64,000 bases of DNA, from NCBI GenBank assembly GCA_002269645.1, contig NIVC01000698.1:1-64000 (forward strand). Reading direction: 5' to 3'. The notes below the pieces were generated by a model. It was not told the DNA's origin, did not search any database, and saw only the letters and a list, made by a program, of their open reading frames with translations. Shown here piece by piece: positions 23,761 to 34,700 of this stretch (positions are counted from its first letter, which is position 1; each line of letters starts with the position of its first letter). The translations under genes were made by a program, and so were the position numbers. This DNA is from Macrostomum lignano. Taxonomy: Eukaryota.

Positions 23761-26700
23761 GCCCTTACAAATTATAATATCGATTTTTATTCAGAGTTTT
23801 CCGGTCTGCCTTCCATTAACGAGGGATAAAAAATTAAAAAAGCGAAGTTTTAACTGACAAGCCATGATTACACATTAATGTCATTTTTCCATCGCAATCA
23901 CTTTAAGACTAAGTATAGCTCACATGGCTAAATATGTGTGCACACATTGATTCAGTTTGCGTCTCATTCCATCGATTATTCGCATAAAATCAGCAAACAG
24001 CTGAAAAAGGCCTGGCCTGCATCTGCACGATACCGATTATTTTCATTCTGCACTGCAAAAATTTGTACTCAGCAACTCGCTCATCTTTAGCCAGAACAAT
24101 ATCGTGTCCTCAACAGAGTCTTCACTTTTTTCAGGGTTTTTTATTATGCATAAATTAGTGTGCGAATCTTCTCTGTTGTATGTGTATTGTTTATTGCGCA
24201 TTTTCGACGCTTTTTGGGTCTTATTTTTTGCTAGCTTAGTCTATGCCATGTTTACTATAGCTAATCTCTCTGCTTTTTTTGGTCGCACTTGCTGCATCAT
24301 TCACTTTCCAGCTGCTTTGGCTTCTGTTTTTCTATGATAAATTGCCGTGAATGAAAATGCGCAGGAAGTCGAGTACTGAAGTTTCTTTAGAATTGAACTG
24401 AAAATCGAACAATGTGCAATAGTGCGTTCTTCGAAGTATTATATAAGTTGTAATACTACTACGCTCATTTAAATTGTCTTTGCACAATTTGCGATCCAGC
24501 GTTAGCCTACTTGAAGTAGGCCTACTTACTTATAACGCCTGGAATTTGATTTTAATCAAACATTCTTTTGTCCTGGCCCGTGTACAGTTGTGCATTTGCA
24601 CTACTCGCTGTCTCAATAATACTGCCTATGTGGCCTAGGCTTATGTGTGCACAAGTTGTTACTTAGCTGGCTTGTTAATTTGTTTTTTTCATTGCGCGTT
24701 CTCGCTTCTGTTGCCTTGATTTCAGCCTTAACAGTCACGGCTTATGGGTGGAACAGTCTGTTCCTATAGTTTAGATTATACATTTATCATTAAGTAAGTA
24801 TTCTTATTCTTACTCTCGATTAGTTCGCCAGTTTGCAGTGTACGGTACTGCCTTTGTTCTTTAGCTCCCAACAAGTTGGTATTGTTTTGCCTATTCTTGC
24901 ATCGGGCGCTTTAGTTCTAGAAGTTATTGTTAAACGTTCTATTTTAATAATCTTATATATTGCAGTACATATAGCCCTATTATTTTCTTTAATCGTTTTT
25001 GTGCTTGTTGATAGAGCATGCGAGTTTTGGATCTCTACAATAAACATAAATTCAGAAAATATCGGCAGTTAAAAAAAGCTATTATTTGTCAAATTAATTG
25101 AATGCTTGCTTCTATACTCAACCGTTGCTTTTGATTTGCCTCAATGATGAAGTTAAGGGCTTGTTTAATCACCCTATCAGTGTCGATAGGTAACGACAAC
25201 CAGTTTCACGTGCAATGTACAGGTAAGTACATGTATGTACGCTCATATACTGAGCAAGCAGATGATCCAACCGAGTACCGAGTATTGAAGTAGAAGTTGA
25301 GTCGTCAGTTTTTCTGTAGATTTTTGTGGACTAAAAAATTTGAACCTGCAGGTATATATGCAGTTACATGTATTAGTACTGCCTTGTTGACTACTTAGCG
25401 TTTTACATGTATGTGAATTGATTCTACCGATACACTTTCTGTCACAGATACTAGAATAAAAGTACTAATTATTATTTAACTGAACTAATGCTACTGGTAC
25501 ACATCGCTGGCTCTGTCGATCACTTCGTTGCTTTTAATTGAAACACGAGAGCTCTTCTCCCTTCCAATTCTGGCCAATTTTAGAACACGGGATATTACTC
25601 GCGCAGTCGCGCTTAATACATGGATTTTTTTAAATAAGTTTCAAGTTTCAAAGTTTTGCTTTAAGTCTGCTTTAACAGTTTTTCAAAAAGTTGTACAAAT
25701 ATTAACAGATAGAATAAAAAGTGGCTAGCGCATAAAAGGAGTTTAATAGCCCTGTATTAGCAGATTACTTACTGAAGAGTAAATGCTTCGATTTTGCAGC
25801 GTGAAACGATTTTATTTCTTCGTTTTCTTAGAAACTGAGCAACTGAATTTAGGCTTAAGCAGTTTGTTGATTTCGGCAGTTTTGGGCTTGGCAAAGACAA
25901 GTGCAATTTTTCAAAGTGATTTCTCACATTTTCAAACCAATTGAATTGAAATACTATTATCCGGTTTGTTAATTCATAATTATTTCGCTAAAAATTGATT
26001 CCAAATATTTAATGCATCAATCTCATCAATCTCAAATGATATATCAATCTCATACATAGCAATTTGTAGCAAGCAAGAATCTGTACTGTAGGCCTATCTT
26101 TGTTATTTGTAGCTTGTAGTGTAGGGCTAACTATACTGTATAGTATTAATAGCACATATTCAGTTGTTAATTAATTGCCTGACCATTTGGCATTGGCCCT
26201 AGTCCTCCTTAAAAATGGTTGAGTTGGAAATTTGGCCTTGGCCTATGGCCCCTTGGGTAAATTAGTTATTATTCAAATTTAACATGAAAAATAGACTACT
26301 CTAACAATAACATGGTAAGACTGGGAAGACATAAAGTCTTACAACTTAAGCTTTTCTTATTTTTTACCTTCAAATATAACTAGTAGGCCACCTAGGCCTA
26401 TTAGGGGCTTAGGCGGCCTAGGCCTAGGTAGGCGTAGGCCTATTAAAAAGCATTTAGTTTTTAACTTTTTTACAAAATGTATTCAATCCAAAGACTACAG
26501 AAATATATTGGCCTATTTCAACAAATACAATTTTTTATATTTATAAAATGACACTTAAATTTGTTAACTTATAGGCCTTATTTAAGTCTATAATTCTAGC
26601 CTACCTTTGGCCTTGCTTAAGAAGGGTGCTATTGTGCTAAGGGCACTGGGTGTTAATCTTTATCTAATAGACCTAGCTTTTTATTTACGGAGTACTTATA

Positions 26701-26790
26701 GGCATGGCGGCTGTGTCTATAATATTTGAGCTTATAGGCATAGCAATAATCATTGATATAAAATGCATGTTCTGTAGGGCTTTCTCACAA

Positions 26791-26880
26791 GCAATTGGTG
26801 GCTTAGTGGATATAGGCCTATCAATTTCCTTGTGATTGCGTGCAGCAAGGGTTCAAATCCCAATTGGTCAGAGATTTTTT
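26791..26880 (+). other. Degenerate tRNA-like (Pol III) sequence inside a repeat relic
   Basis: A-box-like TGGCTTAGTGG, B-box-like GGTTCAAATCC and a downstream T run; no convincing cloverleaf. Confidence 0.45.
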
Positions 26881-28499
26881 TTGAAATTTTTTAGTAAACA
26901 GAAATTTTTCTACCTTGAATTTTTTCAGGTTTTTAATTTAAAAAATTTAAATTTATTTTTAATAAGAATAAACTTAATCTTAAAGTGTGGCTGATATGTA
27001 TCAAAAAAATATTTCTTTTTCATATAATTGTACTTGTAGCCAAACTTCCAGATTTTGTGTTACTCTTAAAAATTTAATTTAATTTAATTTTAAAAAAAAT
27101 TCAAATTAAAAACTCCTGAATGACTTCAATTGATTGATATTTTTCATCCAATTGATGATTATATACATAGCAGCCATGCCTATATTAAGCTCCAATATTA
27201 GAGACACAGCCACCCACCGTGCCTCTGTGTGAACCCATTCAATATTAATGACACGGCTGCCGTGCAAGTTTTATTGACACGGCGACCATGTCTCTAATAG
27301 TGACTAGGTCTATACTTATAGACACGGCCGCCGTGTCTCTAAGTTTCTGCATTATAGACATAGTTGCCATGTCTATAAGTATGGACCTAGTCACTATTAG
27401 AGACATGTCCCAGGGCTCTTATTTATTCTTTTGCTAGCCTTACTAGCTGCCACCAAGCTGTTACAGGGGTTATTCCTTCTTGTTAATATTGCTGGTTATT
27501 ATCTGCCTTTTACTAGTAGCGTATATACTTCTATTGGTAGTGTATGTACTCTTATTGGTAGCGTCTGTACTTTTTACTGTACTTTCTGGTCTGAGCAGTC
27601 TTTTAGGCACTGTCTATCCTATTCCTATACTCTTCTAAAGGTATTATTCTCAGTCCTGGGCGTTCCCGGGATCAGGGGGTCACAGCGCACTTCGCTGGGT
27701 ATTCTGCCCTGAGGCAGGTTTCTCAGACTCTAAGCCTAGATTTCTCTACCCTGTGGTAGGATTTCTGCCTTTCTAAAGGCGGGTTACTAGACTTCTAAGT
27801 CTAGGATTTCTCATTCTCTGAGAACGGACTAAGTTTCTCCCAATTTGGGGATCCTAATGCTGCTAAATAACTAAGTCAATAAGTATTAATCAAGCTTCAA
27901 TTTTAGGATACTAGAACAGTTTTAAGCTTTGAAGCCATGCAACGAGGCGAGTTGCTCTCCTTCAGTTTCAGCTTGTGTATTTATACTCCTCTCTTAGTTC
28001 ATTTTAAACAAATAACATTTCATAATATTCATAATATTTACAATACTACGCATTAAAACAAAAATAGTCGAATTTCAAATGTACTACTTTCTAAGAAACA
28101 AGCAATCGCTAAGATAAGGCCTACCTCAGACACAACCGCCGTGTCTATAAGTTTCTACATTATAGACACGGTTGCCATGTCTCTAAGTGTGGCATTTTAT
28201 TTACTAAGCCAAGAATAGCAAGTCCTATGAGCTATACACAAGGTAGGAAAAAATAAAAACAAAAATGGCATCAACTTTAACATACATGCCTAATACCCAT
28301 CCAACCCATCTAAACCAGATGGGTAAAATGGCTGCTAGCCAAGGTAAGTTGCAAAATAAAAAATGGGAAAAAATTAAGAAAAAAAGAGGAGAGAAAAAGA
28401 AAAAGAAAAGAAAAGAGGGAAAAAAGAATCTGCAAAAAGATTTTTTTATTAAAACACCTTAAAAACACAACAAAACTGCTAAACATCAAAGAAGCGCAA

Positions 28500-29230
28500 T
28501 GTCAAACATAGAAGAGCCAACATATCGAACATAAAAGAGTTACCATATCAAACATAGAAGAGCCACTATGTCGAACATTAAAGAGCCACAATGTCAAACA
28601 TAAAAGACCCACCATGTCAAACATAAAAGAGCCACCATTTCAAACATAAAAGAGCCACCATGTCAAACATTAAAGAACCACCATGTCAAACATTAAAGAA
28701 CCACCATGTCGAACATTAAAGAGCCACCATGTCTAACATTAAAGAGCCACCATGTCGAACATTAAAGAGCCACCATGTCTAACATTAAAGAGCCACCATG
28801 TCTAACAGTAAAAAGCCACCATGTCGCCTGCTATCTGGGGGTGATTGCTATCTAGGAGAGCCTGCTATCTGGGGGTGCTTGCTATCTGGTGGTGCTTGCT
28901 ATCTGGGGGTGCCTGCTATCTGGGGGTGCCTGCTATCTGGGGTGCTTGCTATCTGGGGGTGCTTGCTATCTGGGGGTGCTTGCTATCTGGGGGTGCTTGC
29001 TATCTGGGGGTGCTTGCTATCTGGGGTGCTTGCTATCTGGGGTACTTGCTATCTGGGGGTACCTGCTTTTTGGGGGTGCTTGCTATCTGGGGGTGCTTGC
29101 TATCTGGGGGATGCTTGCTATCTGGGGGGTGCCTGCTATCTGGGGGGTGCTTGCTATCTGGGGGATACTTGCTATCTGGGGGATGCCTGCTATCTGGTGG
29201 GATGCTTGCTATCTGGGGGGATGCTTGCTG
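28500..29230. repeat. Two adjacent minisatellites (23-bp unit, then a TGCTATCTGGGGG-based unit)
   Basis: AACATAAAAGAGCCACCATGTCA array to about 28815, then a TGCTATCTGGGGG array at 28826-29230. Confidence 0.9.
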
Positions 29231-29949
29231 TCTTAGGATGTTTTCTTTTTGCATTGCACTTCATCTGAGCAGTTTTTCTATTGACTATGTAAAGGCTTTG
29301 TTTGGCCATCTTATTGATACTTATAGAGAACAGAGATTCTATCTAGATGTCCCCCATTGGGGGGCAAAGATTGCTAGTAGCATCTAATGATATATTAGAC
29401 TGGCTTAATATAGATTGTGCAGTGTATACTGTATAACTGCATAGCTCATTGCCAAGCTGCAATTTATAATTTTAGTAAATACTACTAAACCATTAGTCTT
29501 AGTATTAGCTTTGCATATGTGCATCTACATGGTATAAGCTAATCTATCTAGACTCTAGAGATAGACCATCTTAACTAGCTGACCTTTTAGCATCTTAATG
29601 AATCTTTTTACACTTTTGTTATATTAGTGTCTTGGGATTCTTTCTAGGATAATGAAAAAATCTGTGCCCAACTCTAATGTCACTTCTAGCTAATCTATTC
29701 TAGGCTAAAACATCATAGTCAGTCTCCGCATTGGTTGCATTTCTGCAGTTGCATCTGAGCTAGCCTTAGTATCCTTAATGGTAGTTCTTGAGTTGGCATC
29801 ATGGTTAGTAGTACCAAGGAAGCTGATGCTATTGTTTTTTGTGGAGTGCGGCTCCATTAGATGGGGACCCAGTCAAGGGCACCCAGGAGCTGCACCACTA
29901 AGGGACCATTGGCCAGGTCATTGAGATGTTGGACTCCAATTAAGAGGCG

Positions 29950-30620
29950 AGTCATTTCTAAAGCAAGACAAGTCAGCAGGTGAAATTGATCAACTTTATC
30001 CTTGCATAGCCTGCAGGTGGCATCATTGGTTGTCCCAATGCACTTTTTGTAGTAGACTGATACTAGGTAATGGCTGTTATGGACCTACAAGACTAAGGCT
30101 TCCTGCCCTCCAATACAGGCTGGTACCCAACAGACTTGCGCAGTAGGTTTTTGGATGTAGTGAGTGCAAGGGGGATGTGCTGTTGAGGCAGGCACGTATC
30201 CCACTTGGCCTCCAGGTTGACCAGCTTATTTCCACTAATGCCTACATGCCCAGGGATCCACTGGATAGTAATGGCTATGACCTAGATAGCACATCAGATG
30301 AGATTCTTAAGTGTTTCTAGGAGGCTGTTAGTATGAGTGTAGTGGTGCAGTCAGCTTGGATGGCTTGGATGGTGGCCTGGTTGTCAGTCAGGATGGCCGC
30401 TTCTGGCAGTTCCTCCATTAAGATATCACCTAGGGCTAGACAAAGGCATCTGCCAGCTGCAGCATGCCCCAAACAAATGATCAGGTCATGGTGGCATTTA
30501 AGAGTTGTATTCTTGCCTCTGGATTATGTGGCACCAATGATTATTTTCTTAAGGCAGGCTACTTTGCTTTGCATATATCTCCAATGGCATTCCATTTGAT
30601 TGCCATTGACTTCAATTGTT
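29950..30620 (-). mobile_element. Decayed non-LTR retrotransposon (LINE) 3' fragment with RNase H and terminal zinc knuckle
   Basis: Minus-strand remnants AAILTDNQATIQAI and TIQWIPGHVGISGNKLVNLEAK (RNase H motifs), then ATCRLCKDKVDQFHLLTC (CCHC-type), broken by stops and frameshifts. Confidence 0.75.
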
Positions 30621-31705
30621 TTACAAGTCTTGGCTCAGTTGTGGCATTGGCTCCTATCAATGTATTTGCTATTAATAATAGCAGTAGACTTCTCAGCCAT
30701 AGTAGCTAATAATATTGATGACAATGGTACTGCAGTTATATATGCCTTTTCCTAAAATTTACTAATTAATATTGGTTCTTTTATCATCTAGATTCTAGCC
30801 TATTTTGTCTATCACTGGGTCCATTCATATTGACTATTATTATATTTGTCTGTTTGATAAAAATTTGATAAGTCCTACATTCACATGATTTAAGCTATGT
30901 ATATAATCCTGTTATTAACCTTTATTATCCTATAAATTAGACATTTTGTCTTGGTCAAAATGACTTAATGGGTACAATTTCTAAATAAAATATTTCCTAT
31001 GCCTATGGAAAAAATGACCTAGATAAAAAGTCTAAAGACAAAATGTTCTATTTCAGTGTACATAGAAAACAACTTGGTATAATTGATCCTTGTATCTATT
31101 ATTATTATTTATTGGCTAGGTAGCAAAGGTTAAGTGTATATAACCTAGTGACCCACTCTTTTTATTATGTATATCCTAGATTAAACTTTTTACCAAAAAA
31201 TATATATATAATTTTATAGAATTAATGTTTATTGTATTTATAAACATTTAAGAAATTAAAATAACAAAACAAGGCTAGAATGTGCTTCTTCATTTTGTCA
31301 ATTGTTATAATCTATAGTTAAGATCATATAGCATACATTTAAAAAATTTAGGTATGCATTGGTATTGGATCTATAGGTGTTGGTATACAGATAAGTTGGT
31401 ATGCATTATGCACTTGTCCTATGTGTGTCATGATATGTTGGCATAAATAAAATTTACTATGTAATACATTGTATATGCTGCCATTGAAGTGAACTTGGGA
31501 TAAAAAACTTGTGTACTTTTTGTGTAGCATATGGCCTTTTGTTCACTTGTTAAAAACAATAGATAATCTGTTTTTGGTTACACTAATTAACCCAGTTCTT
31601 GGCTGGCTAGGTTTACTATTTCATTGCATAGTTATAATAGTTGGAATAAAATAGCTTACCTGAATATTTTTACCTCATGAACCCATTGCCAGCAGAGCTC
31701 CGCCT

Positions 31706-34700
31706 ATGAACAGTGGAGGCAATCCGCGCCTCCCAGCTTCTGGCGGCGCAGGCGGCGGAGCCAACAGCTCCTACCTGCCCTGTCGCTCCGAGTCCGCCTT
31801 CTTAATGGTTGGGCCGAATTTTAAAGTTGGCAAAAAAATTGGTAGCGGAAATTTTGGCGAACTCCGACTGGGCAAGAATCTTTACAATAACGAGCACGTG
31901 GCTGTGAAGCTGGAGCCGCTGAAGTCGCGGGCGCCTCAGCTGCACCTTGAGTACAGGTTCTATAAGGAGCTCGGCTCCCCGAAGGCCTGCCGCAGGTGTT
32001 TTACTTTGGCCCGACTCACAAGTACAATGCGCTGGTGCTGGAGCTGCTGGGACCGTCTCTAGAGGATCTGTTCGATACTTGCAGTAGGCGGTTCACGCTC
32101 AAGACTGTCTGCATGATTGCCATACAGCTGGTGAGGCGCCTGTCCGCTTGTTTAGGAATATGCTGATTGATGATGCACTCTGGTTTTGGGTTTAGAATCT
32201 AAATTGTTTTCACATTTAGAATACGCTGGATTTAGGTTTAGAACCCGCTGGATTTAGGTTCAGAACCAGCTGGATTTAGGTTCAGAACCCGCTGGATTTA
32301 GGATCAGAACCAGTTGAATTTAGGTTCAGAACCAGCTGGATTTAGGTTCAGAACCAGTTGAATTTAGGTTCAGAACCCGCTGGATTTAGGTTCAGAACCT
32401 GCTGGATTTAGGTTCAGAACCAGTTGAATTTAGGTTCAGAACCTGCTGGATTTAGGTTCAGAACCAAATGGATTTACAGATAGGTTTAGAACCAACTGGA
32501 TTTAGGTTCAGAATCAACTGGATTTTGGTTCAGAACCTGCTGGATTTACAGATAGGTTCAGAACCAACTGGATTTAGGTTCAGAATCAACTGGATTTAGG
32601 TTCAGAATCAACTGGATTTAGGTTCAGAATCAACTAGATTTAGGTTCAGAATCAACTGGATTTTGGTTCAGAACCCGCTGGATTTAGGTTCAGAGCCAGT
32701 TGAATTTAGGTTCAAAACCCGCTGGATTTAGGTTCAGAATCAACTGGATTTAGGTTTAGAAATCAACTGGATTTAGGTTCAGAAATCAACTGGATTTAGG
32801 TTCAGAACGAACAGGATCTAGGTTCAGGACCCGCTGGATTTAGGTTCAGGACCCGCTGGATTTAGGTTCAGGACCCGCTGGATTTAGGTTCAGAACCAGC
32901 TGGATTTAGGTTCAGAACCAGTTGAATTTAGTTTCAGAACTCGCTGGATTTAGGTTCAGACAGGGACAACTTAGTTGGAACGGCCATAGAACACTGCTTT
33001 CAAACGAGCCCCCAACTTTTTTCACCATGATTTGCCTTGTTTCGCGTCCCGGTAGTTTTAGTTGTCCCTGTGTTCAGAACTAGCTGGATTTAGGTTCAGA
33101 ACCCGCTGGATTTAGGTTCAGAACCAGTTTAATTTAGGTTCAGAACCCGCTGGATTTAGGTTCAGAACCAGTTTAATTTAGGTTCAGAACCCGCTGGATT
33201 TAGGTTCAGAACCTGCTGAATTTAGGTTCAGAGCCAGTTGAATTTAGGTTCAGAACCCATACCTAATCGAACCCACACGCAGATCAGCCGCATGGAATAC
33301 GTGCACAGTCGCAGCCTAATCTATCGAGATGTAAAGCCGGAAAATTTTCTTATCGGCCGACAGTCCACTCGCAAGCAGCACCTTGTTCACATAATCGACT
33401 TCGGCCTAGCCAAAGAGTACAGAGATCGCGAGACTGGCCGGCATATTCCCTATAGGGAGCATAAAAGCCTGACTGGCACGGCCAGGTATATGAGTATTAA
33501 CACGCATTTAGGCAAAGGTGAGTTGGAGTGCTCGTAATTGTGCATAACATGTGCTTAAGTTATGTATATTGCTCTCAACTTCTGGTCCTAGAGGTTGTGT
33601 ATTCCTCCTAACTTCTGATCCCAAGTTATGTATTCCTCCCTACTTCCGGTTCTAAGTTTGTAAGTATTACTCCCTACTTCCGGTTCTGAGTTTGAGAGTA
33701 TTACCCCCTACTTCTGGTTCTAAGTTTGAGAGTATTACTCCCTACTTCCGGTTTTTTTAATTTGTGAGTATTACTCCCTACTTCCGGTCTCAAGTTATGA
33801 GTATTACTGCCTACTTCCGGTCCCAAGTTTTAAGTTTTCCTCCCCACTTCCGGTCCCAAGTTATGATTATTCCTTCCCGCTTCTGGTCCTAAGTCATGTG
33901 TATTCTTTCCATAGTATATTCTGTTTCCCCCCCACTTCCGGTACCAAGTTATGTGTACATTTATCTGCATCCCTTGTTATCGGATTTTGCGTATATGTAT
34001 GTTATTTACTAATTACTATTATAAAGATTATATAAATTGCTGAATCTGGCCTGCTAGACTAATGAAATGTCTTCTATTTAGATTAGCTAGGCACTTTCTA
34101 GGAAACTTTCTTCTTTCAAAATTTCATTGTAAACAGCTAAGTGAAAATTTCTTTTAACGGTGCAGTGGCGCACAACTTATTTGCTAGCATAAGTGTGCAC
34201 TAGTCTAACAATAATTATATGCGAACTTGCAGTATTCCGTTTAGTGCGTTAGTGCGAATTGTGTGTTGGAAATACGATTTTCACTTGTGGGTTGAAAGAC
34301 ATTCTCAGTGAAGTTTTCAACTATTCTGTTCCAGAACAGTCCCGACGAGACGACTTGGAAGCTCTAGGCCACATGTTTATGTACTTCCTGCGCGGCAGCT
34401 TGCCCTGGCAGGGCCTCAAAGCCGACAACTTGAAGGAGCGCTATCAGAAAATTGGCGACACAAAACGGGCTACACCTGTTGAGGTGCTCTGTGACGGATT
34501 TCCAGGTGCGTAGCTGCATCCATTTTCAGCCCCGCATCTATCCTTCATCGTCATTGTGTTTTCTTCGCTTCCATTTTTTATGTATTACTGATCACTTCCG
34601 GCTCTAAATTGTGCATTCACAACTGCTTCTGGTCCCAAATAGTTTTTAATCCTCCCCACACCCGGTCCCAAACTGTGTTTCTTCCACATTTCCGGTTCCA

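Noticed and set aside
26791-26880. Functional tRNA gene (also considered for 40260-40325)
   Set aside because: No complete cloverleaf or clear anticodon arm. The second case is a SINE head followed by a body, tail and TSD.
27430-28075. Possible solo LTR or retroelement 5' end on the minus strand (TGT start, TATAAATA)
   Set aside because: No second LTR, clear PBS, TSD or coding remnant could be identified by eye.
30817-31140. Short GGGTC...GACCC inverted ends suggesting a MITE
   Set aside because: Only about 5-6 bp match and no TSD is evident.
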